This document shows positions 6,696-15,900 of a stretch of 61,231 nucleotides of DNA, piece after piece (position 1 is the first letter of the stretch; every line of letters begins with the position of its first letter). This stretch comes from a virus. Lineage: Duplodnaviria > Caudoviricetes. Under the pieces are notes generated by a model, which did no database searches, was not told where the DNA came from, and saw nothing but the letters and a program-made list of their open reading frames with translations. The translations under genes were made by a program, and so were the position numbers. The stretch covers positions 1-61,231 of IMG/VR virus record IMGVR_UViG_3300030202_002195; one strand, given 5' to 3'.

Positions 6696-6989
6696 ATGAG
6701 TGAAGAACAAATAAAACACCATTGCGGCAGACCTACATGCGAGAAAGAGTTCTGCATTTGCTGCAAAGGTTTAGCAGAGTGCCCTAACGAAGTATGTGAG
6801 TGCATAGACAATGATGGGCCTGGTCCAACTTTAGAAGCTTGGAGAGATAGTTTAGATAATATCAAATCTGATGAACAGAATGGGTTTGATGCTTGGATAG
6901 AGGATCTTGAAGACGAAGATGTTCTAAGAAAAGAAAACTGTATGGTTGAAGAAGGTGAGTGTCATTCAGATCAAATATGTGATTGCTAA
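6696..6989 (+). CDS. Acidic Cys-rich protein (97 aa, 12 Cys)
   Basis: Cys clusters at both ends; ATG 6696. Confidence 0.65.
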   Translation: MSEEQIKHHCGRPTCEKEFCICCKGLAECPNEVCECIDNDGPGPTLEAWRDSLDNIKSDEQNGFDAWIEDLEDEDVLRKENCMVEEGECHSDQICDC

Positions 6990-7150
6990 TGGCAGGTAGA
7001 ACTAAAAAGAAAGGAAACAAAATTTGTCCTGCAGGTATAGCCTGGGCTAAGAGAACTTTTGATAAGTATCCTTCAGCTTATGCTAATCTTGCAGCATCTA
7101 AGTATTGCAAAGACCCTAACTACGCTAAGAAATCAAAAGGTAAAAAGTAA
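6989..7150 (+). CDS. Small basic protein (53 aa)
   Basis: MAGRTKKKGNKICPAG...KYPSAYAN; coupled start/stop. Confidence 0.75.
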   Translation: MAGRTKKKGNKICPAGIAWAKRTFDKYPSAYANLAASKYCKDPNYAKKSKGKK

Positions 7151-7374
7151 TGGCTAAAAAAGATTACAACAGTATAGGTTTTAAAAATAAAGATATAGAT
7201 AGAATATCTAATGACCCCCCTTCAACTAAAAGCGATACTATAACGGTAAGTTCTACTGATCAAGCACTTGCTAAAAAAAAGCTTATAAGAAAGTTTAATA
7301 ATAGAATGCCTAAAGGGGCTAAACTAACAAAGAAGGGTGATAAGTATATTTACACTGTCATAAAACCAAAGTAA
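7150..7374 (+). CDS. Small basic protein (74 aa)
   Basis: ORF; N-terminus shared with 7623-7769. Confidence 0.7.
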   Translation: MAKKDYNSIGFKNKDIDRISNDPPSTKSDTITVSSTDQALAKKKLIRKFNNRMPKGAKLTKKGDKYIYTVIKPK

Positions 7375-7622
7375 TGGGAGAACTTAAGAAGTGGCTAAAA
7401 CAAAAGTGGGTACGCATAGGGACAGATGGATCTATACTTGGTGAATGTGGTACAAGCAAGAACAAGAAGAATCCAGACAGATGTTTACCTTTAGCTAAAG
7501 CTAAAAGATTAAGTAAGGCTCAAAGAGCTGCTACAGCTAAAAAGAAAAAGAAATCAGGGGGAAAGAAACAATTTGTAAGTAACACATCAGCCGCAAAGGT
7601 TAGTTTTAAAAATAAAGCATAG
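7374..7622 (+). CDS. Small basic protein (DUF5872-like)
   Basis: LKKWLKQKWV...CG...RCLP motif typical of this phage protein family. Confidence 0.7.
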   Translation: MGELKKWLKQKWVRIGTDGSILGECGTSKNKKNPDRCLPLAKAKRLSKAQRAATAKKKKKSGGKKQFVSNTSAAKVSFKNKA

Positions 7623-7769
7623 ATGAACAAGAAAGACTACAACAGTATAGGTTTTAAAAACAAAGACATAGATAAGCTTACTGACAAGCAAAAGAAGATT
7701 GCTAAAGCTGCGCCTCCTTATAATAAAATAACAGGAGCAGACTTTAAAGCTTTAAAGAATAAAAAGTAA
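7623..7769 (+). CDS. Small basic protein (48 aa)
   Basis: MNKKDYNSIGFKNKDID...KITGADFKAL. Confidence 0.7.
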   Translation: MNKKDYNSIGFKNKDIDKLTDKQKKIAKAAPPYNKITGADFKALKNKK

Positions 7770-8065
7770 TGGCCAGAGTCAGTAAGAAAAATATGAAGTG
7801 CAATGTTGTTCGCTCCAGCACCAGACCTGGTAAGAAGCGAATGGTAAAAGCATGTGAGAATGGTCGAGAAAAGATTATACACTTTGGAGCCAAAGGGTAT
7901 GGTCATAATTATTCCGCAGCTGCACGCAAATCTTTTAGAGCAAGACATAAGTGTGGATCGGCTAAGTCAAAACTAACAGCAAGGTATTGGGCGTGTAAAA
8001 ATCTATGGGCTGGTAAGGGAGGATCTACCAAGAGCTCTCCTAAAAGTAGAAAAGGAAAATATTAG
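7769..8065 (+). CDS. Small basic protein (DUF5754-like)
   Basis: KK.MV...IHFG.KG...RKSFRARH.C...ARYW. Confidence 0.75.
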   Translation: MARVSKKNMKCNVVRSSTRPGKKRMVKACENGREKIIHFGAKGYGHNYSAAARKSFRARHKCGSAKSKLTARYWACKNLWAGKGGSTKSSPKSRKGKY

Positions 8066-8073
8066 TATATTTG
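8066..8073 (+). promoter_or_regulatory. -7 promoter element
   Basis: TATATTTG before ATG 8089. Confidence 0.5.
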
Positions 8074-8088
8074 TAAAAATTTAAAACG

Positions 8089-8259
8089 ATGCCAACAGTA
8101 AGTTATAAATGCCCTGATTCGGGCAAGATGAAAAAGAAAACCTTTCCCTATAACGCTATAGGCAAGGCTCAGGCTCAACAATTTGCTGGCGCAATGAAAG
8201 GTAAAGTAAAAAATAACCCAGGATATGGAATGGAGAAATCCATGAAATCTTCTTATTAA
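8089..8259 (+). CDS. Small basic protein (56 aa)
   Basis: MPTV...KKTFPY...GKAQA. Confidence 0.7.
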   Translation: MPTVSYKCPDSGKMKKKTFPYNAIGKAQAQQFAGAMKGKVKNNPGYGMEKSMKSSY

Positions 8260-8266
8260 TTATATT

Positions 8267-8464
8267 ATGAAAAAGCAAGGATACAACGCTCGATTGGATG
8301 AATCAATGGGAGCACGTAACGGAAAGAAATCTCAATCTATGAAAGATCGTAGAGATGAGTCAAAAGCAATGTCTAAGAAAATGTACGGTCACTCATACGG
8401 TGCTGACAAAGGAATGTCTTACAGACACTCTTCTTCTTGGAAGACGCACGACCACTTAAAGTAA
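8267..8464 (+). CDS. Small basic protein (65 aa)
   Basis: KQGYNARLDESMG...RRDESK. Confidence 0.7.
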   Translation: MKKQGYNARLDESMGARNGKKSQSMKDRRDESKAMSKKMYGHSYGADKGMSYRHSSSWKTHDHLK

Positions 8465-8667
8465 TGGCTGGTCGTACAAAGAAAGGCAAGTTCCCAGCTA
8501 TTAAAAAATCTAATGAAGGGAAGTTTACTTCATGGGTTGAAAAAAATATGAAGGGAATGTCTACTTGTGAAGCAGCTTCTAAGATAATGAAGAAGACTGA
8601 CAAGTATTCTGAAAACGTAGTTAAGATGGCCAACTACGCTAAAAACTTTGGCTGTAAAAGAAAATAA
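8464..8667 (+). CDS. Small basic protein (67 aa)
   Basis: MAGRTKKGK...IKKSNEGKFT...ANYAKN; ATG 8464. Confidence 0.7.
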   Translation: MAGRTKKGKFPAIKKSNEGKFTSWVEKNMKGMSTCEAASKIMKKTDKYSENVVKMANYAKNFGCKRK

Positions 8668-8835
8668 ATGAAAAGAACTAAGTCAAGAGGATTAGGTGAT
8701 ACTGTAGAGAAGTTTACAAAAGCTACAGGTATAAAAACCGTTGTCGACAAAGTATCTAAAGCTGCAGGTAAAGATTGTGGTTGTGGTGCAAGGCGTGACA
8801 CGTTAAACCGAATGTTCCCTTACGATAGAAAATAA
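8668..8835 (+). CDS. Small basic protein (55 aa)
   Basis: SRGLGDTVEK.TKATGIK...DCGC..R...LN pattern. Confidence 0.75.
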   Translation: MKRTKSRGLGDTVEKFTKATGIKTVVDKVSKAAGKDCGCGARRDTLNRMFPYDRK

Positions 8836-8841
8836 AAAATT

Positions 8842-9333
8842 ATGGCGTATCAAAAATTACAAGTAAGAGATGGTTTAGATGTTATACCAAGTGCTACCAT
8901 TCCTATTCCAGATCCCTCAACTGAGGTTTTATCAGGAACAGCTGACTTTAGCGTGGCAGGTACATTAACTGATGTAGGAACAACATTCCTATCAGCAGGT
9001 ATTCAAAACAATGCAATTGTATATAATACCACAGCTAATATTGCATACTTTGTGACAGAAGTTACGGATAATTTAAACTTAGCCTTATCTCCATCTTCTG
9101 CAGGAGGTGCGGCAGATAATTATGTTATCTATAACGCTTCAACCGAAGGATGTATTTTATATGTAGGAGGAACAGGAAATCTTACTGCTGTTATGGCAAC
9201 CGATAAAGATGTTGCTGCTGCAAGTCAGAAAGAGTTAACCTTCCAAAACCTACCTGACGCATCATTCTTACCTATACAGGTTTGTCGTGTAGACGATACA
9301 ACTACAGCTACTAACATTATAGCATTATTCTAA
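8842..9333 (+). CDS. Putative virion structural protein
   Basis: LYVGGTGNL...FLPIQV.RV..T.TA.NIIAL with an inserted beta-rich domain. Confidence 0.65.
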   Translation: MAYQKLQVRDGLDVIPSATIPIPDPSTEVLSGTADFSVAGTLTDVGTTFLSAGIQNNAIVYNTTANIAYFVTEVTDNLNLALSPSSAGGAADNYVIYNASTEGCILYVGGTGNLTAVMATDKDVAAASQKELTFQNLPDASFLPIQVCRVDDTTTATNIIALF

Positions 9334-9334
9334 T

Positions 9335-10114
9335 ATGTCTACAGGAATCGGTGTAGGCATATCTGGAAATGTATTTCAGACTAAAGCTGGATTAGGAGGT
9401 TCTGCTCCACCACCAGCAGTTTGTCCTACTACATATTCATGTTCGTATGATGGATCTACAGAGTTTCAGCAAGGATCAGGTGTACCTGGATTCGGTACAT
9501 CAGACTTTTCAATATCTTTTTGGATTAAAACACCAGACCCTTCAGGAGCTGGCGTAAATCAAAGAGTTATTGGTAAGTTTAGTGGAACAACACAGTGGAG
9601 TATATATTACAATCAATCCACCGCTAAGTTTCAGTGGGTAAGTTCAGGAACAGGAATAACCTGGAATGATGGTTATCCTTACGCCCCAACAGCAAATCAG
9701 TGGGACCACATTGTGTATTCAGTAGATAGAAGTGGTAATGCAGTTTGGTATGCCAATGGAGGAACACCAAACGCCCTTGATGTTTCTACTTCAACTGTAG
9801 ACTTTGGTACTGACGGTCTTCTTTATGTTGGTAGAAATGCTTCTGGTCAGTATTTTCAAGGAAACATTACAGAAGTTTCTATGTGGAACAAAGCACTTAG
9901 CGCTGCAGAGGTCTTAGAACTTTATAACAATATGTCTGGAAATGAATATTGTTTAGGTGATTTAAGCATGGGTGCCAACCTAACTAACTGGTGGAGAATG
10001 TTTAATCCTTCAGGAACTTATGTTGATCCTATTCCAAACGCAGCTTCTGGAGGAACAATAACACTTACTAATAATAACATGGATGCTACTAATGTGTCCA
10101 CTGAGGTACCTTAA
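9335..10114 (+). CDS. LamG/concanavalin-like domain virion protein
   Basis: FSISFWIK, WDHIV, F.GNITEVSMWNKALSA.EV. Confidence 0.85.
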   Translation: MSTGIGVGISGNVFQTKAGLGGSAPPPAVCPTTYSCSYDGSTEFQQGSGVPGFGTSDFSISFWIKTPDPSGAGVNQRVIGKFSGTTQWSIYYNQSTAKFQWVSSGTGITWNDGYPYAPTANQWDHIVYSVDRSGNAVWYANGGTPNALDVSTSTVDFGTDGLLYVGRNASGQYFQGNITEVSMWNKALSAAEVLELYNNMSGNEYCLGDLSMGANLTNWWRMFNPSGTYVDPIPNAASGGTITLTNNNMDATNVSTEVP

Positions 10115-10124
10115 AATATATATT

Positions 10125-10403
10125 ATGGCAATAGCATACGTAGTAGCACCAGACACAGCTATGAGAACTTTGGATTTTTCTTGGGTAAAAGAAACAGACT
10201 GGGATACAGCCAGATGGGCAACAGACAGAAGGTCAGCTATAATTCATTGGGAGTCTACCACACAAGATCCTAACCTAACAGCTTGGTTGAGAGACAATAG
10301 AATAGATAGAAACTTAGTTGACAAAGATTTTATAAACAACTACACCAGGGTTAGTGATAAAAGCGCCTGGGTTAATCAGCCATCACCACCGCCACGACCT
10401 TAA
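10125..10403 (+). CDS. Hypothetical protein (92 aa), possible fibre-associated chaperone
   Basis: ATG 10125 directly after the LamG gene. Confidence 0.6.
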   Translation: MAIAYVVAPDTAMRTLDFSWVKETDWDTARWATDRRSAIIHWESTTQDPNLTAWLRDNRIDRNLVDKDFINNYTRVSDKSAWVNQPSPPPRP

Positions 10404-10413
10404 TTTTTTTTAT

Positions 10414-10421
10414 TAACTTTG
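10414..10421 (+). promoter_or_regulatory. -7 promoter element for lysis genes
   Basis: TAACTTTG. Confidence 0.55.
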
Positions 10422-10493
10422 CGGTTATGAATTGGATACAGACAGCAACATGGGAAGGAGAGATCAGATGGGTCTCAAATAACACCTAAACAA

Positions 10494-10652
10494 ATGCACA
10501 CAGAAGTGAAAGATACAGCAGCAGTAGTAGGAGCCAACGCAGGAGCCTTTGGAATAACATTAGCCAACATCAACGAAGTCTTAACATTTATATCTCTTGC
10601 ATTAGCTATTGCATATACCGCAGTCAAGCTGTATAGAATGTATAAAAAATAA
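10494..10652 (+). CDS. Holin-like membrane protein (52 aa)
   Basis: Hydrophobic segments, basic C-terminus, next to putative endolysin. Confidence 0.65.
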   Translation: MHTEVKDTAAVVGANAGAFGITLANINEVLTFISLALAIAYTAVKLYRMYKK

Positions 10653-10655
10653 ATT

Positions 10656-11150
10656 TTGGAATTAGAAGTATTACGATTTAGTTCAGAAGCAGACTCAACA
10701 CACGGTCTGCTTTTTGAGTTAACAGATGTAGGTAAAAGATTTTTATGTTATACTTTGGAAGACGAAGCTCGTGTTCTAAAAGTGAGAGGAGAAACCAGAA
10801 TACCTGCTGGCACGTATAAAATAGAACTAAGAAAAGAAGGAGGATTTCATGCAAGATATGATAAAAAATATCCTGGTATACACCGTGGTATGCTTCACAT
10901 TACTGATGTCCCTGGGTTTGAGTATATTCTTATTCATACTGGGAATACTGACGAACATACTTCAGGCTGTCTTATCGTGGGCGATGTCCAGGAAAATAAT
11001 CAAATATTCAGAGATGGATTCGTGGGGAAAAGTGTTAATGCGTATAAGAGGATTTATCCAGCTATTGCAAAGGCAATAGAGAATGGAGAAGAAGTAACAA
11101 TTAAATATACTGATTATGATAAACAAATTATTAGGGGGCCTTTTCGGTAA
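10656..11150 (+). CDS. DUF5675-family putative endolysin
   Basis: CYTLED...ETRIPAGTY...VPGF..ILIH.GN...T.GCLIVG. Confidence 0.8.
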   Translation: MELEVLRFSSEADSTHGLLFELTDVGKRFLCYTLEDEARVLKVRGETRIPAGTYKIELRKEGGFHARYDKKYPGIHRGMLHITDVPGFEYILIHTGNTDEHTSGCLIVGDVQENNQIFRDGFVGKSVNAYKRIYPAIAKAIENGEEVTIKYTDYDKQIIRGPFR

Positions 11151-11523
11151 GGTGGTTGAGAATGCTGAGGGCATTCTTGATGAAGTTATTACTACTGACG
11201 AAGAAAGAGAGAAGGTCAAGTTAGAGTTAAAAAAGATAATACTTGAAGCGGAGCGTGAAGCATTTGCTAAAGAAGTAGAAGATAGAAAAGACGCACGATC
11301 TTTGTACAAAGACGATGCTTTTATTCAAAAGATATTAGCTGGTCTTTTCACTATAGCTTACTTTGTTTTGACATATATAATGTTTCAGTATTTTGTTTTA
11401 CATACTGTTGTTTTGACAGAGTATGAGATAGGTTTTATATCTACAACCTTTGGAGCTATGTCAGCAAAAGTCAATACTATTATAGATTTCTTTTTTGGAG
11501 GGTCAAGTAAAAAATCAGAGTAG
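11116..11523 (+). CDS. Holin (3TM/GTA-holin-like)
   Basis: Coiled N-terminus, DRKDAR, two TM helices, FFFGGS. Confidence 0.75.
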   Translation: MINKLLGGLFGKVVENAEGILDEVITTDEEREKVKLELKKIILEAEREAFAKEVEDRKDARSLYKDDAFIQKILAGLFTIAYFVLTYIMFQYFVLHTVVLTEYEIGFISTTFGAMSAKVNTIIDFFFGGSSKKSE

Positions 11524-12080
11524 TGCATTTTATAAATGAAGAGGATAGTAAGTCGGTTTCAGACTGGATTATTAAAAACTTAGATTGGATAAAAGATCAG
11601 CCTGATTCTACTCCTTCTGGACACAAAGGAGTTTTGCATGGTTTATTTGATATTAATCAACCATACATGCAGGATGTTTTAGAGAAAGTTGACTTTCCTT
11701 TTGAATCCATGGAAAGGATAGATAAAGAAATGAAAAGCTTCTACAAAATTCCTGAAGACTCTATGTTTGGGACTCTTGGATGGATGTTTGTTTATGCTGA
11801 AGAAGGGTATACTTGTAAGTGGCATAAAGACTCTTGTGATTGTGATGAAGATGGTATGACTCACATTAGGCTTAATGTTTTGATTAGCAAGCCTGAAGAA
11901 GGGGGAAATCCTCTATGGAGAGATGAAGAAGGAAAAGAATGGACTCAAGAGGTTTCTAAAAACGAGTCATGGATTTCTCTTTCAGGTAAATACGAACACT
12001 CTACCACCACAACCAAAGGGAAAACGCCAAGGATACTACTGTCTTTAGGCTATAATGTTTCGAAGAAATTGGTTGAATAA
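11523..12080 (+). CDS. 2OG-Fe(II) oxygenase
   Basis: WHKD...GG...EH...R.LLSLG. Confidence 0.8.
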   Translation: MHFINEEDSKSVSDWIIKNLDWIKDQPDSTPSGHKGVLHGLFDINQPYMQDVLEKVDFPFESMERIDKEMKSFYKIPEDSMFGTLGWMFVYAEEGYTCKWHKDSCDCDEDGMTHIRLNVLISKPEEGGNPLWRDEEGKEWTQEVSKNESWISLSGKYEHSTTTTKGKTPRILLSLGYNVSKKLVE

Positions 12081-12086
12081 ATTTCT

Positions 12087-12094
12087 TATCTTTG
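12087..12094 (+). promoter_or_regulatory. -7 promoter element
   Basis: TATCTTTG. Confidence 0.55.
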
Positions 12095-12125
12095 CAATAA
12101 TTATTAATCAATTAATTTTAATACA

Positions 12126-12374
12126 ATGTCAAAATTATCAAAAAAGGAACTTGAGACTATTCAAGAGCTTAACACTGAGTTTAATAAGATCAAGGTTCAA
12201 TTAGGAGATCTTGCTCTTCAAAAGCATGGATTATGTTTGAGAGTAGAGAAAATCAAATCTGAGTTCTCTGAAAATGAGAAGGCCTTAGCTGAAAAGTATG
12301 GAGCTGATGCTGTTATCAATTTAGAGACTGGAGAAGTAACTAAAAAAGAAGTTGAAGAAGTAACACAAGACTAA
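12126..12374 (+). CDS. Coiled-coil protein, probable tail-fibre chaperone
   Basis: Heptad helix, KYG...INLETGE. Confidence 0.6.
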   Translation: MSKLSKKELETIQELNTEFNKIKVQLGDLALQKHGLCLRVEKIKSEFSENEKALAEKYGADAVINLETGEVTKKEVEEVTQD

Positions 12375-12922
12375 TGGCAAAAATTGCAAACCAAACAGCT
12401 TACCCTATTATCACCCCTACAATTCGTGACTATTTTATAGTTACAGATGTTGAGGATAATAATAACACTAAGAATGTAAGCATTGGTTCTTTGCAGGGGT
12501 TTATGGGGTCTCAACCTCCAGTGGAAATAATATTAACAGGGGCTCAGATACAAAATCTACAAGGAGCTCCTGTTATTATTAATGTAGACAATCCGTCCAA
12601 CTCTTTGGTTGTTCCAGTTAGTTGTGCTTTTTACTACACTGCCACCAGTGAACCTTTTAATTTCGCAGCACCAACTAAGATTAAAATAGCCAATGAAAAC
12701 TATAGCGGCTTATTATCAACATATTTCGAGACGGATGCTACCTTCTTAAACACTGTTGTTTCTTCTTTAATAAGCCCTGTTAATACTTGGGGCCTTTCAC
12801 CTCAAACATTTCCTTTAGCAACACCAGGTACTAATCTGGTAGTATTTGCAGACAGTGTATCAACACAAGGAACAGGGACTTTAAAAATAAGCATTCAGTA
12901 TAGACTGGTTGCTACAACATAA
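12374..12922 (+). CDS. Short tail-fibre/spike-like protein
   Basis: N-terminal ~40 aa similar to that of the long fibre. Confidence 0.6.
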   Translation: MAKIANQTAYPIITPTIRDYFIVTDVEDNNNTKNVSIGSLQGFMGSQPPVEIILTGAQIQNLQGAPVIINVDNPSNSLVVPVSCAFYYTATSEPFNFAAPTKIKIANENYSGLLSTYFETDATFLNTVVSSLISPVNTWGLSPQTFPLATPGTNLVVFADSVSTQGTGTLKISIQYRLVATT

Positions 12923-12931
12923 AAATAAGAG

Positions 12932-15900
12932 ATGGCAAAAATTGAAAATACTACCGTATACCCCACGGTAACACCTTCAGCAGAAGACTTACTAATAGCA
13001 ACTGATGTTAGTAATAATAATGAAACGGTTACTTTTTTAGTAAGTGATCTTCTTGGACAGTCTACACTTCAGGGTTTACAGTCAGTATTAGATGTAAATA
13101 ACACCGCCATTCAAAACATGAATCTTACTGGGAATGCTACCTTTAACGGTACTATAATCCCAACAACAATCACCGCTGGTGGTGGTGTAGGATTAGCAGG
13201 TCAAGTATTAACTTCTACTGGAATTGGATTACAGTGGTCTAACGTTGCTCTAAATCAAAATTTACAACAAACATTAGATAATGGCAATAGTGCCACTGGT
13301 GTCAACATGGATATTGATGCTGGGGTTATTAATGTTACTAACGGTGGAGTTGTTTTAGATAACGCTTCTTATTTAACAGTTGGTGGAGTTTCAAATTTAA
13401 ACAGTGATGTTAATCTATCCACAACATTAAACTTTGCAGCAACAACCACTCTTAACGATTCTACGGGAGCTGTTGGTACACCAGGGCAAGTTCTTACTGT
13501 AGATGCAGCTGGAACTGGCGTTGTATGGTCGAGTGCAGCTGGAACAATACCTACTTGGCAACAAGTATTAAACGCTGGAAATACAGCTAATAATATTGGT
13601 GTTGTAATGACTGGTAACGGAAACTTTAGCACGTCATCAACTAACACTATGACATTAGGATCCGCTAATACATATAGTGGTACAAACACATTTAATTCAA
13701 CAGTTGAGATAAACGGAACACTGGAAGATGGAGCAGGAAACTTTGGTACTGCTGGTCAAATACTTGCTGTTAACTCAGCTGGAACTGGTGTAGAGTGGGT
13801 TAATGCGGCATCATCCACATCCCCTACTTTACAGATAGTTTTAGATAATGGAAATACCGCAGTTCAAAATATTAATCTAACGGGGACGATTGATCTTACT
13901 GGGAGTCTTTACTTCCAATCTGCAAGCACTATAAACGCTGGCGGTACAGTAGGAACAAATGGTCAGGTTTTAACATCTACAGGCGGAGGTCTTACATGGA
14001 GTAATGTGTCTGTTAATCCAACTTTAAATGATGTGTTAACTAACGGAAACACTTCAGCACAAAGTATAGTTCTAACAGGTTCTTCAACCATAACAGTGCC
14101 AACCCTTATACCAACTTACATTCAAGATAATAGTGGAGCAACGGGTTCTTCAGGACAAGTTCTTTCTGTTAACTCTGGAGGTCTTTTAGAATGGACTTCA
14201 GTTTCAGGATCTTCTGTAACATCTGTTACAGCGGTTGCAGGAGCAACATCCACAGGTAATCCACTTACTATATCTCCAACAACAGGTCTTGTAACTGTAG
14301 CTTCCAATGCTTATGGAGGTGCGGCAAATGTAGGTCACGTACCTTCTGGAGGTCTTGTAGGACAATATTTAGATGGTACTGGAGCTTGGGTTAACATCCC
14401 TTCTGGTGGAGGAACGATGAGCAGCTTTGATATTACAGATGGAGCAGCAAACACTCAAACCATAAATGACGGAAATACAATAAGTTTCTTAGTTGGAACT
14501 CCAGCGTTTAGTGCAGGAACAGGACTTACAGCTACTGTATCAGCTACAGATACGCTAACTCTTGTAAACACGGGTATTACAAACATAACAGGTTCAGCTG
14601 ACATATCAGTTACTATTGGTGCTGATGGACAAGCTGCCTTAAGTTTTACTGGTGGCGGAGGAAGTATGAGTAGCTGGAATATAGGTGACAACTCAAGCAC
14701 ATCATCTATAACTAATGGAGATACCGTAAATATAATAGGTGGAACAGGAATTACATCTACTTTATCTGGTGATGATATAACCTTAAGCACAGCTGCTGTT
14801 CTTACAGAGGCAGTAGCTACAGGAGTATCTACAGGAAATCCTTTGGCCGCTTCAATAACTACAAACAACCTTCAGCTTACATCTTTTTCTTATGCTGGAG
14901 GATCTAATGTTGGTTATGTTCCAACAGGTGGAACTGCAGGTACTGTTCTTGCTGGAGATGGAACATGGGTTGCTAACGAAGCTGGATTAGCATCTTTTAA
15001 TATTGCTGGCGACACTGGAAGCGATATTGTAAACGAAACAGACAACACACTTAGTATATTAGGAACAGCTCCTATCAGCACTGCTGTTACAGCAACAAAC
15101 AATGTCACTGTATCTCACGATACATCAGGCGTTGTAGCTGCAGCTTACAGTTACCCAAGCTCAGTTACAGTTACAGCTGAGGGACACGTTAGCGCTATTA
15201 CTGCTGGAACAGCTCCTGGGACAATGTCCGATTGGAAGCTTGGAGCATCAAGTCCTTCTGCAACTTACGCTAATATACAAGATGGAAATTATGTTTTATT
15301 TGCGGAAGGAGCAGGTATAACAACTGTAAGATCAGGTACTGGTTCATCATTTGATCCCGACCAAATATTAATAACCAATACTGGTGTTCTTGATATTACT
15401 GGAGGTAGTGGAATAAGCGCCTCTGCATCAACAGGAAGTGTCACACTTACTAATGACGGAGTGTTATCTTTAACCACTACAGACGGAACATATATAGATT
15501 TAACGCCTGACGCAGCTACTTCAGGTGCTGTTGTAGTTACTGCTGATCTTTCAGCTACTGGTACTGCTGACGCTACTACATTCTTAAGAGGAGACAATAC
15601 ATGGGCTACGCCAACACTTGCTGGAAATGTAGTTAATACTATAACATCTTCAGATGGAAACATTACGGTAACAGGTGACGGTGGTGGACCATTCACAGGA
15701 GATATAACACTGACATATAGTGGACCAACAGGGACTATGAGCTCGTGGGACTTAAACACCGACAGTGGAGGTCCAAACACAACAATATCCAATGGAGCAT
15801 TAGTTCAAGTGTTAGGTGGAACTGGTATTACAACATCCCATGCAGCTGCTACTGTAACCATTGAAAATGATGGGGTTTTAGATTTAACAGCTATTGGAGC

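Noticed and set aside
15160-15169. CUC-AGUUAC in the tail-fibre mRNA as another target
   Set aside because: Lacks the G needed to pair in stem III and has no evident adjoining hairpin; explained by Ser-Val-Thr codons
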